From contig OZ241867.1 of NCBI GenBank assembly GCA_965203175.1, positions 32,001 to 96,000 of the forward strand: a DNA stretch of 64,000 nt, in the 5' to 3' direction. Position numbers and translations under genes: made by a program. Positions 1 to 10,078 of this stretch are shown here, piece after piece. Within the stretch, counting starts at the first letter, position 1, and each line of letters begins with the position of its first letter. The notes beneath the pieces are model-generated. The model searched no databases. It saw only the letters and a program-made list of their open reading frames with translations, and was not told the origin of the DNA. Source of the stretch: Candidatus Latescibacterota bacterium. Its GTDB lineage: Bacteria; Latescibacterota; UBA2968; UBA8231.

Positions 1-609
1 CCAGGTGACGTCGGCTATGGGCTCGCGCTGGCCGTCGCCGGTGTCGCGCCATGGAATGGCGCCGTGGCAATGGCTGCCGGGGACAAAGGAGAGGCATCCA
101 TTTTCCTCGTCGGCGTCGACGAGGGGGATCCAGACCGAGAGGATGCGCAACTCGGGGAGGACTTCGCCGCCGTAGTAGAAACTGTCCTGGTGCCAGGCAA
201 AGGTGGTGCTCGGGTCGTTGGGGATTTTAGGGCGGACCCAGTAGTCGCCGTTGGCGGTCAACTCAGGGCCGAGGAGGTCCGCGGCCAGATCGGTCAGCGG
301 AGGATAGGTCAATAATCGGTACACAGCGCGGTCGAGCAGGCCCCTCTGGCCCCAATTGCGCGCCAAGGGCGGGTTTTCCGGGTCTCGGTTGTAGTCGCGG
401 GCGGCCAAGGCCCAGCGCTCGGCAAAAGGAGCCTCCGCGTAGAGGGAGCGAATCTGGCTCCTCTGGTGCATGGCGCGGATTTGCCCATCGACATAGCGGG
501 TGATGAGCTGGCGCACGGGCTCGAGGACGGCCTCGTCGCACAACTGGCGCAGGACCAAGTAGCCGTCGGCGGCAAAGGTGTCGCGTTGCGTCCGAGTGAG
601 CATGGGCAT
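1..609 (-). CDS. Phytanoyl-CoA dioxygenase (PhyH) family protein, 3' end outside window
   Basis: Not in ORF track (open at edge). Manual translation from ATG 609: MPMLTRTQRDTFAADGYLVLRQL...FAWHQDSFYY...SVWIPLVDADEENGCLSFVPGSH; HxD iron motif and W-I-P-L-x-D...NG-L-x-V-PGSH signature. Confidence 0.9.
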   Translation of the reverse strand, partial: MPMLTRTQRDTFAADGYLVLRQLCDEAVLEPVRQLITRYVDGQIRAMHQRSQIRSLYAEAPFAERWALAARDYNRDPENPPLARNWGQRGLLDRAVYRLLTYPPLTDLAADLLGPELTANGDYWVRPKIPNDPSTTFAWHQDSFYYGGEVLPELRILSVWIPLVDADEENGCLSFVPGSHCHGAIPWRDTGDGQREPIADVTW

Positions 610-715
610 TTAGTATAGGTCCAATTGGGCACGGCCTTCAACATTGGACACCCGATAGAACTTTCATTTTGTCTCAAACTGCCCGATTTTGGGAGCGCTT
701 ACAAAGGACCACGCC

Positions 716-2260
716 ATGCAATTGAGAGAATCAATGGAATTGGGGGGCCAGCACCTACTGGGCTGGCTCGACCCAGAGCGCGACTACCTGCCCACGGGCA
801 GTTGGGCCATCACCCACGATCTGGGTCGCTGGTGGGACGCCATGTTGCGCCTTGAACACGCCACAGGCTTTGCCATCCCCGCGTACGTGGAAGGGGCCAA
901 CCTGCGCAATCTCCACTGGCTCACCGACAATGCCGACGGGCTCCTCTGGGTGCCGCCGGGCCTGGATTGGCACCCCATCAAATTCGAACTCCACAGCCTG
1001 CGCGAGGGCATCCTGACCTTTGCCGCCCTAGCCCAGTACCGCAACAACGCCTGGGCCCACCAGGCTGGTCGCAAGTACCTCGAATCGATCCGCCGCAGCC
1101 TCAAGCCGGACTTCACCTGGGACTTCGACCAGTTCGACTACGCCCGCTACTTCACTGGCGGCGAAAACGAGGACCCGGGACACAAACCCTCCAACGAGGG
1201 CCGCTTTGCCCTGACCGTCCAACACGGCCGCTGCATCGAGGCCCTGGTGTGGTACTACGAGGCCACAGGCGACGCCCTCGCCATGGAACTGGCCGAGGAC
1301 CTAGCCCGCTTTCACCTCGCGTACGCCATTGCCCCCGACGGCACCATCCCCGACGAACTGGCGCACCGAGCTATCGGCGACCGCCAATCCCACCTGTACA
1401 CCCTGTGCGGCCTGCTGCTCTTTGGCTGCAAGACCCACCAGTCCGAATACGTCGACGCGGTAGTGCGTACGTATCAAGCCGGCGTCCCCACGCTGGTCAA
1501 TGAATGCGGCTGGGTCGCCCACGATATGGGCCAGGCGCGCTTCCTCGACCAATCGGGTAATCTCCTGGCCAACACCGAATCCACGGGCGCGGCCGCCCGG
1601 CTCGCCCTGTGGATGGCGCGTTATACCGCACATACCGAGTGCTACGACGACGTCGAGCGGCTGGTGCGCGCCCGGCTTTTCCCGGGCCAGATCACCCAGG
1701 CCGATATCCACGCCAACCCAGACCTAAAAATTCCCCCTAGGGCGCTCGGCGGCTGGGGGGGCAACGACTACCCCCACGCCGGCAAGGGCTACAATCCCAG
1801 CGGCACGGCCGAAATTGTCCACACCATGAGCGCGATCTACCAGCACATCAGCGCCCTCGAGGAGGCTGGTCTTGTCGTGTACATGCACTTTGACTACGCC
1901 GACGACGCGGTCGAGATCAAAGCGGACAGAAGCGCCGAGGCCGCCCTCGCGGTGCGGCCCCGCATCCACGACAATGTCTTGATCCGCGTGCCCGGGTGGG
2001 CGCCCCCGGAATCGGTCCGCATCGAAGTCAACGACCGCCCAGTGGCCCTGCGCATGGTGGGGTCATTCGCCTATCTCGGACGCGAGCAAGTAGGCGTCAA
2101 CAGCCAGATCGTCCTGCGCCACGCCCTGCCAACCCGCCGCACGCAAGAGACCATGGCGGCCGGAGACACCTACCACTTTGCCTGGCGCGGCGACCAGATC
2201 ACCGGTGTACACCCGAACGAGTGGCCCCTGCCGTTCTATCCGACGCTCGAGTCTCCCTAG
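716..2260 (+). CDS. Hypothetical protein, GH127/beta-L-arabinofuranosidase-like (alpha/alpha)-barrel plus beta-sandwich
   Basis: ATG 716 after AAGGA; C-terminal 'LIRVPGWAP...IEVND' pattern resembles GH127/GH146-like proteins; divergent from the PhyH gene. Confidence 0.55.
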   Translation: MQLRESMELGGQHLLGWLDPERDYLPTGSWAITHDLGRWWDAMLRLEHATGFAIPAYVEGANLRNLHWLTDNADGLLWVPPGLDWHPIKFELHSLREGILTFAALAQYRNNAWAHQAGRKYLESIRRSLKPDFTWDFDQFDYARYFTGGENEDPGHKPSNEGRFALTVQHGRCIEALVWYYEATGDALAMELAEDLARFHLAYAIAPDGTIPDELAHRAIGDRQSHLYTLCGLLLFGCKTHQSEYVDAVVRTYQAGVPTLVNECGWVAHDMGQARFLDQSGNLLANTESTGAAARLALWMARYTAHTECYDDVERLVRARLFPGQITQADIHANPDLKIPPRALGGWGGNDYPHAGKGYNPSGTAEIVHTMSAIYQHISALEEAGLVVYMHFDYADDAVEIKADRSAEAALAVRPRIHDNVLIRVPGWAPPESVRIEVNDRPVALRMVGSFAYLGREQVGVNSQIVLRHALPTRRTQETMAAGDTYHFAWRGDQITGVHPNEWPLPFYPTLESP

Positions 2261-2278
2261 CGGCAGTTAGACGGCCTC

Positions 2279-3118
2279 TCAGGCCCGCTGCCAGCGGCTG
2301 GGGTTCACGCCCGGTGCCTCACTCGACATATTATCGGGCTTGTTGGGCACGTCAAAGTCCCAGTGCCGCGTATTGGGATCGGCGAAAAAAGGACGCACCG
2401 ACTCGGGCAGCTCGGCCAAGTCCTCCTCATCCCAGTTCTCGACCTCGTCAATAGGGCCGGCCCAGGCCGGGCGGTACGCAATCGCCAGCACCGAGCGCGT
2501 ATGCTCGCCCTTGTTGGGCCAGGTCCCGTGGAAAGCGCGGTGGTTGAGAAAAACCGCCGAGCCAGCCTTGCAGGGCACCACCACTTCCTCGGGATGGCGC
2601 TCGTAGCGCATGTACGGATTGGCATCGGCGTGCATGCACAAATGAGAGCGCGGAATGACGCGGAAAGGCGACACCTCGGGTGTCAGGTCATCGAGGTAGT
2701 AGAGCACGCGAATGGTGAAGGGACAACTGCCGTTGTACCCGAAAATCTGCGAGCCGTAGGGCTGCCCGTCCGTGTGCAGGCTGATACCGGGCGTGCCGGG
2801 CTCGGAGCGGTCGTATCCGTAGCTGAGAAAGACGATCTCGTCACCGAAGACTTGGCGCAAAAAATCAACGGTCGGCGGATGGGCGATGAGATCGGTCACA
2901 GCCCCCCCTTCAAACTGGATCTGGGACTTGCCGCGCTGGTGCGGACTGTAGTCGCGCGGCGTAGTCTCCCAAGTTTCAGCTTGGGCCTTGAGACGGGCGA
3001 TGTGCTCGGGGCTGAGCAGGTCGGGAATGACCAGATACCCTTCGAGCTCAACGTGGCGGATGCGCTCGCCCAGCGTGAGGGCGGACCAGTCGCGGTCGTC
3101 GATGGTGGTCTTTTGCAT
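2279..3118 (-). CDS. Phytanoyl-CoA dioxygenase (PhyH) family protein
   Basis: EGYLVIPDLL, HTD motif, FRVIPRSH, KAGSAVFLNHRAFHG, R in 'TRSVL'. Confidence 0.9.
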   Translation of the reverse strand: MQKTTIDDRDWSALTLGERIRHVELEGYLVIPDLLSPEHIARLKAQAETWETTPRDYSPHQRGKSQIQFEGGAVTDLIAHPPTVDFLRQVFGDEIVFLSYGYDRSEPGTPGISLHTDGQPYGSQIFGYNGSCPFTIRVLYYLDDLTPEVSPFRVIPRSHLCMHADANPYMRYERHPEEVVVPCKAGSAVFLNHRAFHGTWPNKGEHTRSVLAIAYRPAWAGPIDEVENWDEEDLAELPESVRPFFADPNTRHWDFDVPNKPDNMSSEAPGVNPSRWQRA

Positions 3119-3190
3119 AGCAGACTCTCCTCGGTTGAGATTATACCTCTTCTACACGGCGGCACTGCTGCCGCCGGTGATGAACTTTTG

Positions 3191-4264
3191 TCAATTGTCG
3201 ATCTGCACCTTTTCGCCAGTTTCCGCGCTCGCGTAAATCGCGTCCAGCAACTTCATGAAGGTCAGTGCCTCGGCGGGAGAGACATCGGGCGGCTGGGCAC
3301 CGCGAATCGCGCCGGCAAAATCGCGGATCTCCGCGTTGAAGTCGCCGTCGCCGTGTTCCACAAACCCACCAGTGGAATCGTCACCTTCAGCGTAGATGGC
3401 ACCCAGCAACCGGCGCGTCCCCGCACGTCTCTTGCCCTCGGGCAGCGAAGTGGATTCCACCTCAATCGTGCCATTCGTACCCAGGACGCGCAAGCGCAAA
3501 TCCCACGCCCGATCCGCCCAAGTGGAAATGACCGAGGAAGTATCCATCTGAATTGTCATACCGCCGGCGCAGCCCACCAGAAAACTCATGTAATCCTCGG
3601 AGTGGCGCTCTACTTCTAGGGTCGTTGGAAACGCGCTGTGGCTGACGGCAAAGGCCCATTCGGGTTGCGGACAACCCAGTAAAAACCAGGCCTGATCGAG
3701 GTAGTGCGAACCGTGTTGGCCCAATGCACCGCCCTTAAGACCCCACCGATATATCCAGCTCCTGCCCGGCGACGGCTCGTAATGGGCTCCCCGCTCGCGA
3801 TAGTGATAGTGGACGCGCGCGTGGTACGCGCGCCCAATCCTTCCAGCGGCGATCATTTGCCGGCTCTCTTTGTTCTCCGCTTGGTGCCGCATGAAGTAGG
3901 AGTACACGAGCGTTTTCCCCGTGCTTGCTGCAACGGCGTTGATCTCCTCGACGTCTGCGGCATTGCGACCGTGCGGCTTCTGCACCAACACGTGCTTTCC
4001 CGCCTCCAGCGCCTCAATGACCATTGGCTTCCGCACATCGGGTGCGGTGGCGACTCCAACGGCTTCGACCTCGTCATCGGCGAGCAGCTCTCGATAGTCT
4101 CCGTAGACTCTGGAGACATCGTTCGCCTCGGCGACCTGTCGCGCCAAATCTCGATCCAGATCGGCGACCGCCCAGGCAATGGTATCTTCGCCGATGTGGG
4201 CACCTGCTACCCAAGTCCTGCCAACTCGGCAGCCGATTACGCCCATTTTAATTTTATCTGTCAT
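3191..4264 (-). CDS. Gfo/Idh/MocA family oxidoreductase
   Basis: N-terminal GVIGC Rossmann, AGKHVLVQKP (EKP variant), GGALGQHGSHYLD; ATG 4264 follows AGGAGG. Confidence 0.9.
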   Translation of the reverse strand: MTDKIKMGVIGCRVGRTWVAGAHIGEDTIAWAVADLDRDLARQVAEANDVSRVYGDYRELLADDEVEAVGVATAPDVRKPMVIEALEAGKHVLVQKPHGRNAADVEEINAVAASTGKTLVYSYFMRHQAENKESRQMIAAGRIGRAYHARVHYHYRERGAHYEPSPGRSWIYRWGLKGGALGQHGSHYLDQAWFLLGCPQPEWAFAVSHSAFPTTLEVERHSEDYMSFLVGCAGGMTIQMDTSSVISTWADRAWDLRLRVLGTNGTIEVESTSLPEGKRRAGTRRLLGAIYAEGDDSTGGFVEHGDGDFNAEIRDFAGAIRGAQPPDVSPAEALTFMKLLDAIYASAETGEKVQIDN

Positions 4265-4266
4265 AA

Positions 4267-5304
4267 TCACCTCCTTTGCAACCGCTCGAGCTTTGCCTGC
4301 AACTCGGGCTTTTCCAGTACTTCCCTGTTGACCACGTGCTCGGGAATTTCGCCGCGCTCAATTCGCGCCACCTGCCGGAGTCTGCCCCTCCAAGTCTGCA
4401 TGTAGTACTCGTCGGTGTGGCACAGGGAGTGCGGCGCGACCACGACGTTGTCCATCTTGAGGAGGGGATTGTCTGCATCGACGGGCTCCTGCTCAAATAC
4501 ATCCAGCCCAGCGCCGCGAATGCGCCCGCTCTGCAGGACCCGTATCAGAGCTTGCTCATCGACGACGGGGCCGCGCGAAGTATTGATCAGGTACGCCGTC
4601 GGCTTCATCAAGTTCAATTCCCGCTCGCCGATCAGGTGGCGCGTCTGCTCGCTGAGCGGGACGCTGATGCTGACGAAGTCCGATTCGGCCAGCAGGGTAT
4701 CCATATCGACCAGTTCCACGTCCACATCGGCCACATCCTTCTCGCTCAGCCTGGGATCGCAGCCCAAATGCCGCATGCCAAAGGGCTTGGCCATCAGGAA
4801 CATCTCATGCCCAATATTGCCCACGCCAATGGAACCGAGCGTCTTGCCGGTCAGCCCTTCGCCTCGGTAGAGGTGCTGGTCGGCCCAGCGCCCCTCGCGG
4901 GTGATCCGATCCTTGTTGATCAGGCGCGTGGCCAAGGCCAGAATAAAGGTGATGATGGTGCAGGCCATGGGCCGGCGCACGGCGTCGGGGGCCAAACAGA
5001 GCATTGTATTGGCCCGAGTCAGGGCCTCGACATCGACGTGGTCGTACCCAACGCCGGTGAGGAGCACGGCCACAAGCTGGTCGTTGCCAACTAGGGAACG
5101 CTCGCTCCAGCGGGACCCGCCTGAGATAACCGAGTCGCAGCCGCGCACTTGCTCAGGGGCTATTTCCGCGCTCCGCTCAGCCAATATCCGGTACTGAATC
5201 CTAGGCATATCATCGAATAGTTCCAGCCCAGGACCGGGCAAGTCGAAATTCCCCTCCGCGTCGAAGAAATCCCGGGCGATCCCAACCGTAATTTTAGTGG
5301 TCAT
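4267..5304 (-). CDS. D-isomer-specific 2-hydroxyacid dehydrogenase
   Basis: GVGYDHVD, GSIGVGNIG, INTSRGPVVDE, GAGLDVFEQEP, APH motifs. Confidence 0.93.
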   Translation of the reverse strand: MTTKITVGIARDFFDAEGNFDLPGPGLELFDDMPRIQYRILAERSAEIAPEQVRGCDSVISGGSRWSERSLVGNDQLVAVLLTGVGYDHVDVEALTRANTMLCLAPDAVRRPMACTIITFILALATRLINKDRITREGRWADQHLYRGEGLTGKTLGSIGVGNIGHEMFLMAKPFGMRHLGCDPRLSEKDVADVDVELVDMDTLLAESDFVSISVPLSEQTRHLIGERELNLMKPTAYLINTSRGPVVDEQALIRVLQSGRIRGAGLDVFEQEPVDADNPLLKMDNVVVAPHSLCHTDEYYMQTWRGRLRQVARIERGEIPEHVVNREVLEKPELQAKLERLQRR

Positions 5305-6103
5305 CTGCGTCCTCTCGGTACATGGAAAAAGCCTGCACCGCGCCGTCGCGGAGCAAGTCGTATTCGCTGTGGCGGAAACGACCCACCAACTGGATGCCGG
5401 CCCGGCGCTGGCGCAGGTACTCCTGGCGGTCTCGCGGATAAATCGCCGGCTCGGTAGCGATCCCCTTGGCCAGGGCGATCTCGATGACGCGCTCCATGGC
5501 CTGCACCACTTCCGGGTGTTCCCAATCGCCGTGAAAGCCCATAGTCGCCGCTAGGTCGCCGGGGCCAAACACCACCGCGTCCACCCATTCGTTGGCGAGC
5601 ATGGCCTCGGCGTTCTCCACGCCGCGCCAAGACTCGATTTTGAGAATGAGCATCGTAGCCTCGTTGGCCTCGCGGCAACAGCGGGCCGCCTCGCCAGCGG
5701 CGTACTCCACATTGGCACCCATAGCCAGCCCCCGCTCCCCATCCGGCGCGTATTTCATCCAGCGCACCAGCGCCGCGACTTGCTCGGGCTCTTCAGCGTG
5801 GGAGAGGCAGATCCCCAGAGCGCCTGCATCGAGCAGCCGCGATACAAAGGGACGCTCGGGCACCAAGACCGTCACCGCCGGAGAAAGGCCGTTGTCCCGA
5901 GCCATGACCAAGAAGTTGGTCAGAGTTTCGTCGTTGTGGATCACGTGCTCGTTTTCGACCAACAGCATATTGTACCCCGTCTGCGCCGCGATCTTAATCA
6001 CCGAAGGACGCAGCGACTCGAAGACATTGAAGCCAAACAGCGGCCCACCACTCCGGAGAATTTCCTTGGCCGGGTTGCGGATGAGGGAACTTGCTTCCGC
6101 CAT
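5294..6103 (-). CDS. HpcH/HpaI aldolase family protein
   Basis: Start trimmed to MAEASS (6103); ENEH, LLDAGALG, YAPDGERG, KIES, VFGPGDL motifs. Confidence 0.88.
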   Translation of the reverse strand: MAEASSLIRNPAKEILRSGGPLFGFNVFESLRPSVIKIAAQTGYNMLLVENEHVIHNDETLTNFLVMARDNGLSPAVTVLVPERPFVSRLLDAGALGICLSHAEEPEQVAALVRWMKYAPDGERGLAMGANVEYAAGEAARCCREANEATMLILKIESWRGVENAEAMLANEWVDAVVFGPGDLAATMGFHGDWEHPEVVQAMERVIEIALAKGIATEPAIYPRDRQEYLRQRRAGIQLVGRFRHSEYDLLRDGAVQAFSMYREDADDH

Positions 6104-6104
6104 A

Positions 6105-8273
6105 TCAATCCATTTCTGCAAAGCGGTGCAACACGTTCTCAGTAATGCGAGAGACATTGTTGTCGCCGTGGTTGTACGAAAGGCAACTGCACCAGCTAAT
6201 AGAGCCCACCGAGAATACCGCGCCGCCCTTGGGGCCTTCAAAGTACACCATGTCGGATCGCACCAAAGGGTTCTGGCTGCCGCCGGTATTGGGGGCCGAG
6301 ACCAACTGGTCTTCAATGGCCACTTGGTACAGATCGGTGAAGCCCTCGGCCGAAGCGAGCAATAGGGCGTGGTCGGGCGTGCCCAAGTCGCGGTCCATCC
6401 GGTCGATCTCAAAGCCGCCAGCGCCGTGTTCCAGGACCAGGGCGGGAAAGTCGCCGATCAATTCCTCGGGATCTAGGCCCTCAAAGATAAAGGCCGCCCT
6501 CGGGTCCAAACTGTCCGGCTGCCGTTTATAGGGGCGGTTGCGACCGCCGCCCTGAGAGGTAAAACCAACGCCGACCATTTTTTGCGGTGCCCGGTTGCGA
6601 AAGCGCCAGAGGCCACCCATCTCGCCCGTGGTGCTGTGAAAGCACTCGCCAGGGGCGGCCTCCCAAGCGCGTGAGCCTCGCCAGCGCCTGACTTCGACGA
6701 TGTGCGGACGCTGGGGGTCGAAGGAGGCGATCCAGTAGAAGCCATTGCCGCCTAGGTACATCAGGCGGCCGCCCTCCGCCTGGTACGCTTCCAGCCCTTT
6801 GAGCATAGACGCCGTCCAGTACTCTGGATGCGTGCCGGTGAGGATCACCTGGTACGGCTCCAACAACTCGCTGCCTTCGCAGTGCAACTCGTCGTCGGTG
6901 ATCACATCGTAGGCAAAGCCCTTGGTGTCCAGCCAGTCGAGCAGATGGAGATCGGCGTTGAGCAGGCGGGGCCAGTGCGCGGCCAAGGAACGGGAGGGCA
7001 TGCGGTACAGGGGACGAAAATTGACGATCGGCCGCCGCCGCGACGAATAACAAACACCCGTGCCGTCGCTGTGAAGGTCGTAACAGCTCAAGAGCCGCTG
7101 GTCCTGCATATACTGGTCTTGCGGAGCGGCGTCGCTGCTTTCGCGCAGATCCAGCATGGCGCGGATCGGATCGTTAAAGCGCTGGTTGGCATAGACCAGG
7201 TACGTGAGCGTGGGCACCAGAAAGGCGATGCGGGCCTGGGCTTTTTCGGGGACGACGATAAAGGGCAGATAATCCTCGGCGTCGGCACCGGTCAAGTGAG
7301 CCGCGTACACGCCGCTCGGCCAGTCTGGGGGCACGGTCCACTCGAAGGCGGCATCCCATTGGGCGTCTTCGAGATCGTCGTCGTGGAAGTGAATCGCCCC
7401 GTACTGGCTGGGGGCGACTTTGAAATCCGCCTCGTCGCCGGTCCAGTTGTGCCCGGTCACGGCCCGGGTCGGCAGGTTGACCGTACGGCCGTGGAGTTGG
7501 TTGGCCTCGGTGTCGCGCACTATTTCCGCGCCGATATCGAGAGAAAAGTCCCAGTCGGCGATCGGGGTGTCGGCCTCGGCCTCCGCCACGGAGAGAGCGC
7601 GGCTATAGAGTCGCGGATTGTCGATCTTGCCATTGAAGTGGTGAGTAGCCACTGGCCCCGAGGCAGCGGCCATTAGCAAATCCTCCTCATTCTCTCCCAC
7701 AGCTAGGGGGCTGATGGTTTTGCAGACCTGTGCTCGGGCACGGGGCACCGGCCAGTTGGACTGCAACTCTTGGTAGAGGCAGACTGCGCCCGTGGCCGCG
7801 TCGTAGCTGGCGGCGATACAGTGCCATTGCGCTGTGTGTAGGGCCACGCCGGTGCTCATTTTTTCCAGCCGCGTTCCATCGCCGACCCACAGGGCCAGTG
7901 ACCCGTCCTCGGCGATAAAGAGGCCATAGCCCGATTGGCCGGACAACTTGGTCAACAGCCCTTGCAGACCCTTTTGCGGCGTGGTGGGATAAATCCACGC
8001 CCGCAGGGTAAACCCATTGGGACAATTCAACAAAGGGTGATGCGGCACGGCCGCGTACGAGCCGCTGTGGATGGCCTGGTACTGGCCCGGGTACTCGCCG
8101 CTGATCGAGGATGCGAGCGCTTCGATTTTGCAGCCGGGACCTTGGGGATTGGCGTCCGTATGCCGCAGGCGCACGAGTTCGGCGCGGTACGCGGGCGCTT
8201 CGCTGCTGACCATAAAGCGTATGGTCTGCCCGGGCCGCACGCTGAAACGATCGCTGTACCCGACGATTTTCAT
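6105..8273 (-). CDS. N,N-dimethylformamidase beta (large) subunit family protein with LamG-like insertion
   Basis: MKIVGYSDRFSVRPG start, LamG-like 'FNGKIDNPRLYSRALS', TYLVYAN, SCYDLHSDG, HPEYW, MYLGGNGFYW, VFSVGSISW. Confidence 0.88.
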   Translation of the reverse strand: MKIVGYSDRFSVRPGQTIRFMVSSEAPAYRAELVRLRHTDANPQGPGCKIEALASSISGEYPGQYQAIHSGSYAAVPHHPLLNCPNGFTLRAWIYPTTPQKGLQGLLTKLSGQSGYGLFIAEDGSLALWVGDGTRLEKMSTGVALHTAQWHCIAASYDAATGAVCLYQELQSNWPVPRARAQVCKTISPLAVGENEEDLLMAAASGPVATHHFNGKIDNPRLYSRALSVAEAEADTPIADWDFSLDIGAEIVRDTEANQLHGRTVNLPTRAVTGHNWTGDEADFKVAPSQYGAIHFHDDDLEDAQWDAAFEWTVPPDWPSGVYAAHLTGADAEDYLPFIVVPEKAQARIAFLVPTLTYLVYANQRFNDPIRAMLDLRESSDAAPQDQYMQDQRLLSCYDLHSDGTGVCYSSRRRPIVNFRPLYRMPSRSLAAHWPRLLNADLHLLDWLDTKGFAYDVITDDELHCEGSELLEPYQVILTGTHPEYWTASMLKGLEAYQAEGGRLMYLGGNGFYWIASFDPQRPHIVEVRRWRGSRAWEAAPGECFHSTTGEMGGLWRFRNRAPQKMVGVGFTSQGGGRNRPYKRQPDSLDPRAAFIFEGLDPEELIGDFPALVLEHGAGGFEIDRMDRDLGTPDHALLLASAEGFTDLYQVAIEDQLVSAPNTGGSQNPLVRSDMVYFEGPKGGAVFSVGSISWCSCLSYNHGDNNVSRITENVLHRFAEMD

Positions 8274-8406
8274 TGATTTCTCCGCGCCACTAGGGCCGTG
8301 CAATGCCCCTGCAATCGCTTCTAGCCTACTCCTCGGCCGGCTCCGAGACGACGCGGCATTTTTCGTCTACTACCACGATCCAGACACAAGAAGTTGGGAC
8401 CAACCC

Positions 8407-9417
8407 CTATTGTACAGAGGCCAAGTTATTCAAGCAGAGTGGAGTTTCGACGTTCGAACGAATGAAGGCGATATGATCATCCCGTCCTGGCTTGAGATCA
8501 CGCGCATTGTCTAGGGGGACCACAATCGTCCCCCCACAACAGCGATGGTCTGCGTGACCCAATGCAAAGGCGCTACTCAAATGCGACATAGATCCTGATG
8601 GCACAGTATTAGAGCAGTGCTCTGACAGTTGCGTACATACAATTCTGGTGTCGGGCATGATCTCTCGTAAGACGCTAACGATCTCAGGATTCGGAGCACC
8701 GTAACTCCCGCGACCAAAGGAAAAGACCACAGTTATAGGCTCTACGGCTTCGAGTAACCTCTCGGTGAAGGAACGAATGTCCGCTGCACCCGGACGACCT
8801 CCATGATGTGGGTAGACCAAGATGGGTGCCTTCAGGTCCATATTTCGCATCAGCAGATCGTCCAGTCCGATTCCGTCGATGTCTGCAGGCAGAATGGCCA
8901 CATGCTTACCGGACACGCTTATCCGTATCACCGCACTGATAGAGTTGCTTGTGATCCTCCTCCCTGATCCGTTTTTACTACCTACGCCTTTCAGGACCAA
9001 AGCAGGGCTTGGAGCCATTACTTGGATCTCTATATCGCCAAGATCCTCGCTCTTCCCCGGGAACAAGCCAATATCAAGCTCCAGAGTGTCAGCCATATAC
9101 TTGCTAGCCAGTTCGTAGGTCAAGTCACGCCAGCTCTCTGTTTCCTTCGAAGCGTCACTGTTGAGCACAACTCTGTCGATAGTCACTGTACCCGACGCCA
9201 GCAACCCAACAAGGGCACCGATGTGGTCTTCGTCAGCATGAGATAGATAAACTGTCCGAATCCTCCTAATGCATTGCTGGTCCAAGAACTCCAGGAGCGC
9301 ACTGCGACGTCCAACATCGACGACAATCACTTCGGCATCTCCCACGACTACAGCGCAACTCCCCTGACCGACGTCGAGAATGTACAGATGACGACGTAGC
9401 TTGCTCACAGTATTCAC
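8407..9417 (-). CDS. ComEC/Rec2-type metallo-beta-lactamase-fold hydrolase (putative nuclease)
   Basis: LDVGQGSC, LSHADEDHIG (HxDxDH), PADI, PHHG, SFG..YGAPN; no membrane competence domain; Cys-rich C-terminal tail. Confidence 0.85.
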   Translation of the reverse strand: MNTVSKLRRHLYILDVGQGSCAVVVGDAEVIVVDVGRRSALLEFLDQQCIRRIRTVYLSHADEDHIGALVGLLASGTVTIDRVVLNSDASKETESWRDLTYELASKYMADTLELDIGLFPGKSEDLGDIEIQVMAPSPALVLKGVGSKNGSGRRITSNSISAVIRISVSGKHVAILPADIDGIGLDDLLMRNMDLKAPILVYPHHGGRPGAADIRSFTERLLEAVEPITVVFSFGRGSYGAPNPEIVSVLREIMPDTRIVCTQLSEHCSNTVPSGSMSHLSSAFALGHADHRCCGGTIVVPLDNARDLKPGRDDHIAFIRSNVETPLCLNNLASVQ

Positions 9418-10076
9418 TTAGATTCCCAAGAATCGAAGAACAGGGCTTCGTGACTCTCCGCACCAGTGTTAACTTGGGCATGAAACCTTCTACCCGGCTC
9501 GACACGATGACGAATTTTATCCGGAAGGTTGTCCTTATAGAGCCTTATCTTCTGCTGGGAGTCCCACGCCGGCACAATGGCGTAGAAATATCCTCCCTCA
9601 TCATCAACCTCAGCAACTCGGACGAGCGTACGCCATGGTCTTCTCGCGGGATGGAATGTCCCACCAATCTCACGGAGACTCTTCCTCCAAGCCTCCATGA
9701 GTTCTTCTGGATCTGGACTATTGGTCTTGAGTAGGGCTGGTATGTACCGGAGACATTCGCGACGGATTGTCACATCGACATCAGTAAATGTCGTACAAAG
9801 CATTCCAGGTATACCAGCTTTAGAACACTCTGCCACGAGAAGATCCCCATCGCATGCGGCATAGTTGTGCTTCTTAAGATGATAGTCACAGACTACTGCA
9901 TCCGCAGACTGCTTCGCCTTGGTTACGAACGACTCTGCGGTTTCGACGGGTCCCTCCACCATGACTGGCTCCAACCCCAACTCCTCAACGGGATACCCAT
10001 ATCCATTACGCGCTTCTGGATCGTCGTCCACAATCAGAACTCGACTAATCTCTCTGTCGTGAATCGTCACGGGCAC
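9414..10076 (-). CDS. Response-regulator receiver domain protein with non-HTH C-terminal domain
   Basis: VLIVDDD acidic pocket, phosphoacceptor-like Asp in VVCDYHL, CTT, conserved Lys (LLKTN); beta-rich C-terminus. Confidence 0.8.
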   Translation of the reverse strand: MPVTIHDREISRVLIVDDDPEARNGYGYPVEELGLEPVMVEGPVETAESFVTKAKQSADAVVCDYHLKKHNYAACDGDLLVAECSKAGIPGMLCTTFTDVDVTIRRECLRYIPALLKTNSPDPEELMEAWRKSLREIGGTFHPARRPWRTLVRVAEVDDEGGYFYAIVPAWDSQQKIRLYKDNLPDKIRHRVEPGRRFHAQVNTGAESHEALFFDSWESK

Positions 10077-10078
10077 GG

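Noticed and set aside
8407-9417. Competence gene comEC
   Set aside because: Only the soluble MBL domain is present, with no membrane channel domain, and the context is methylase/kinase rather than competence.
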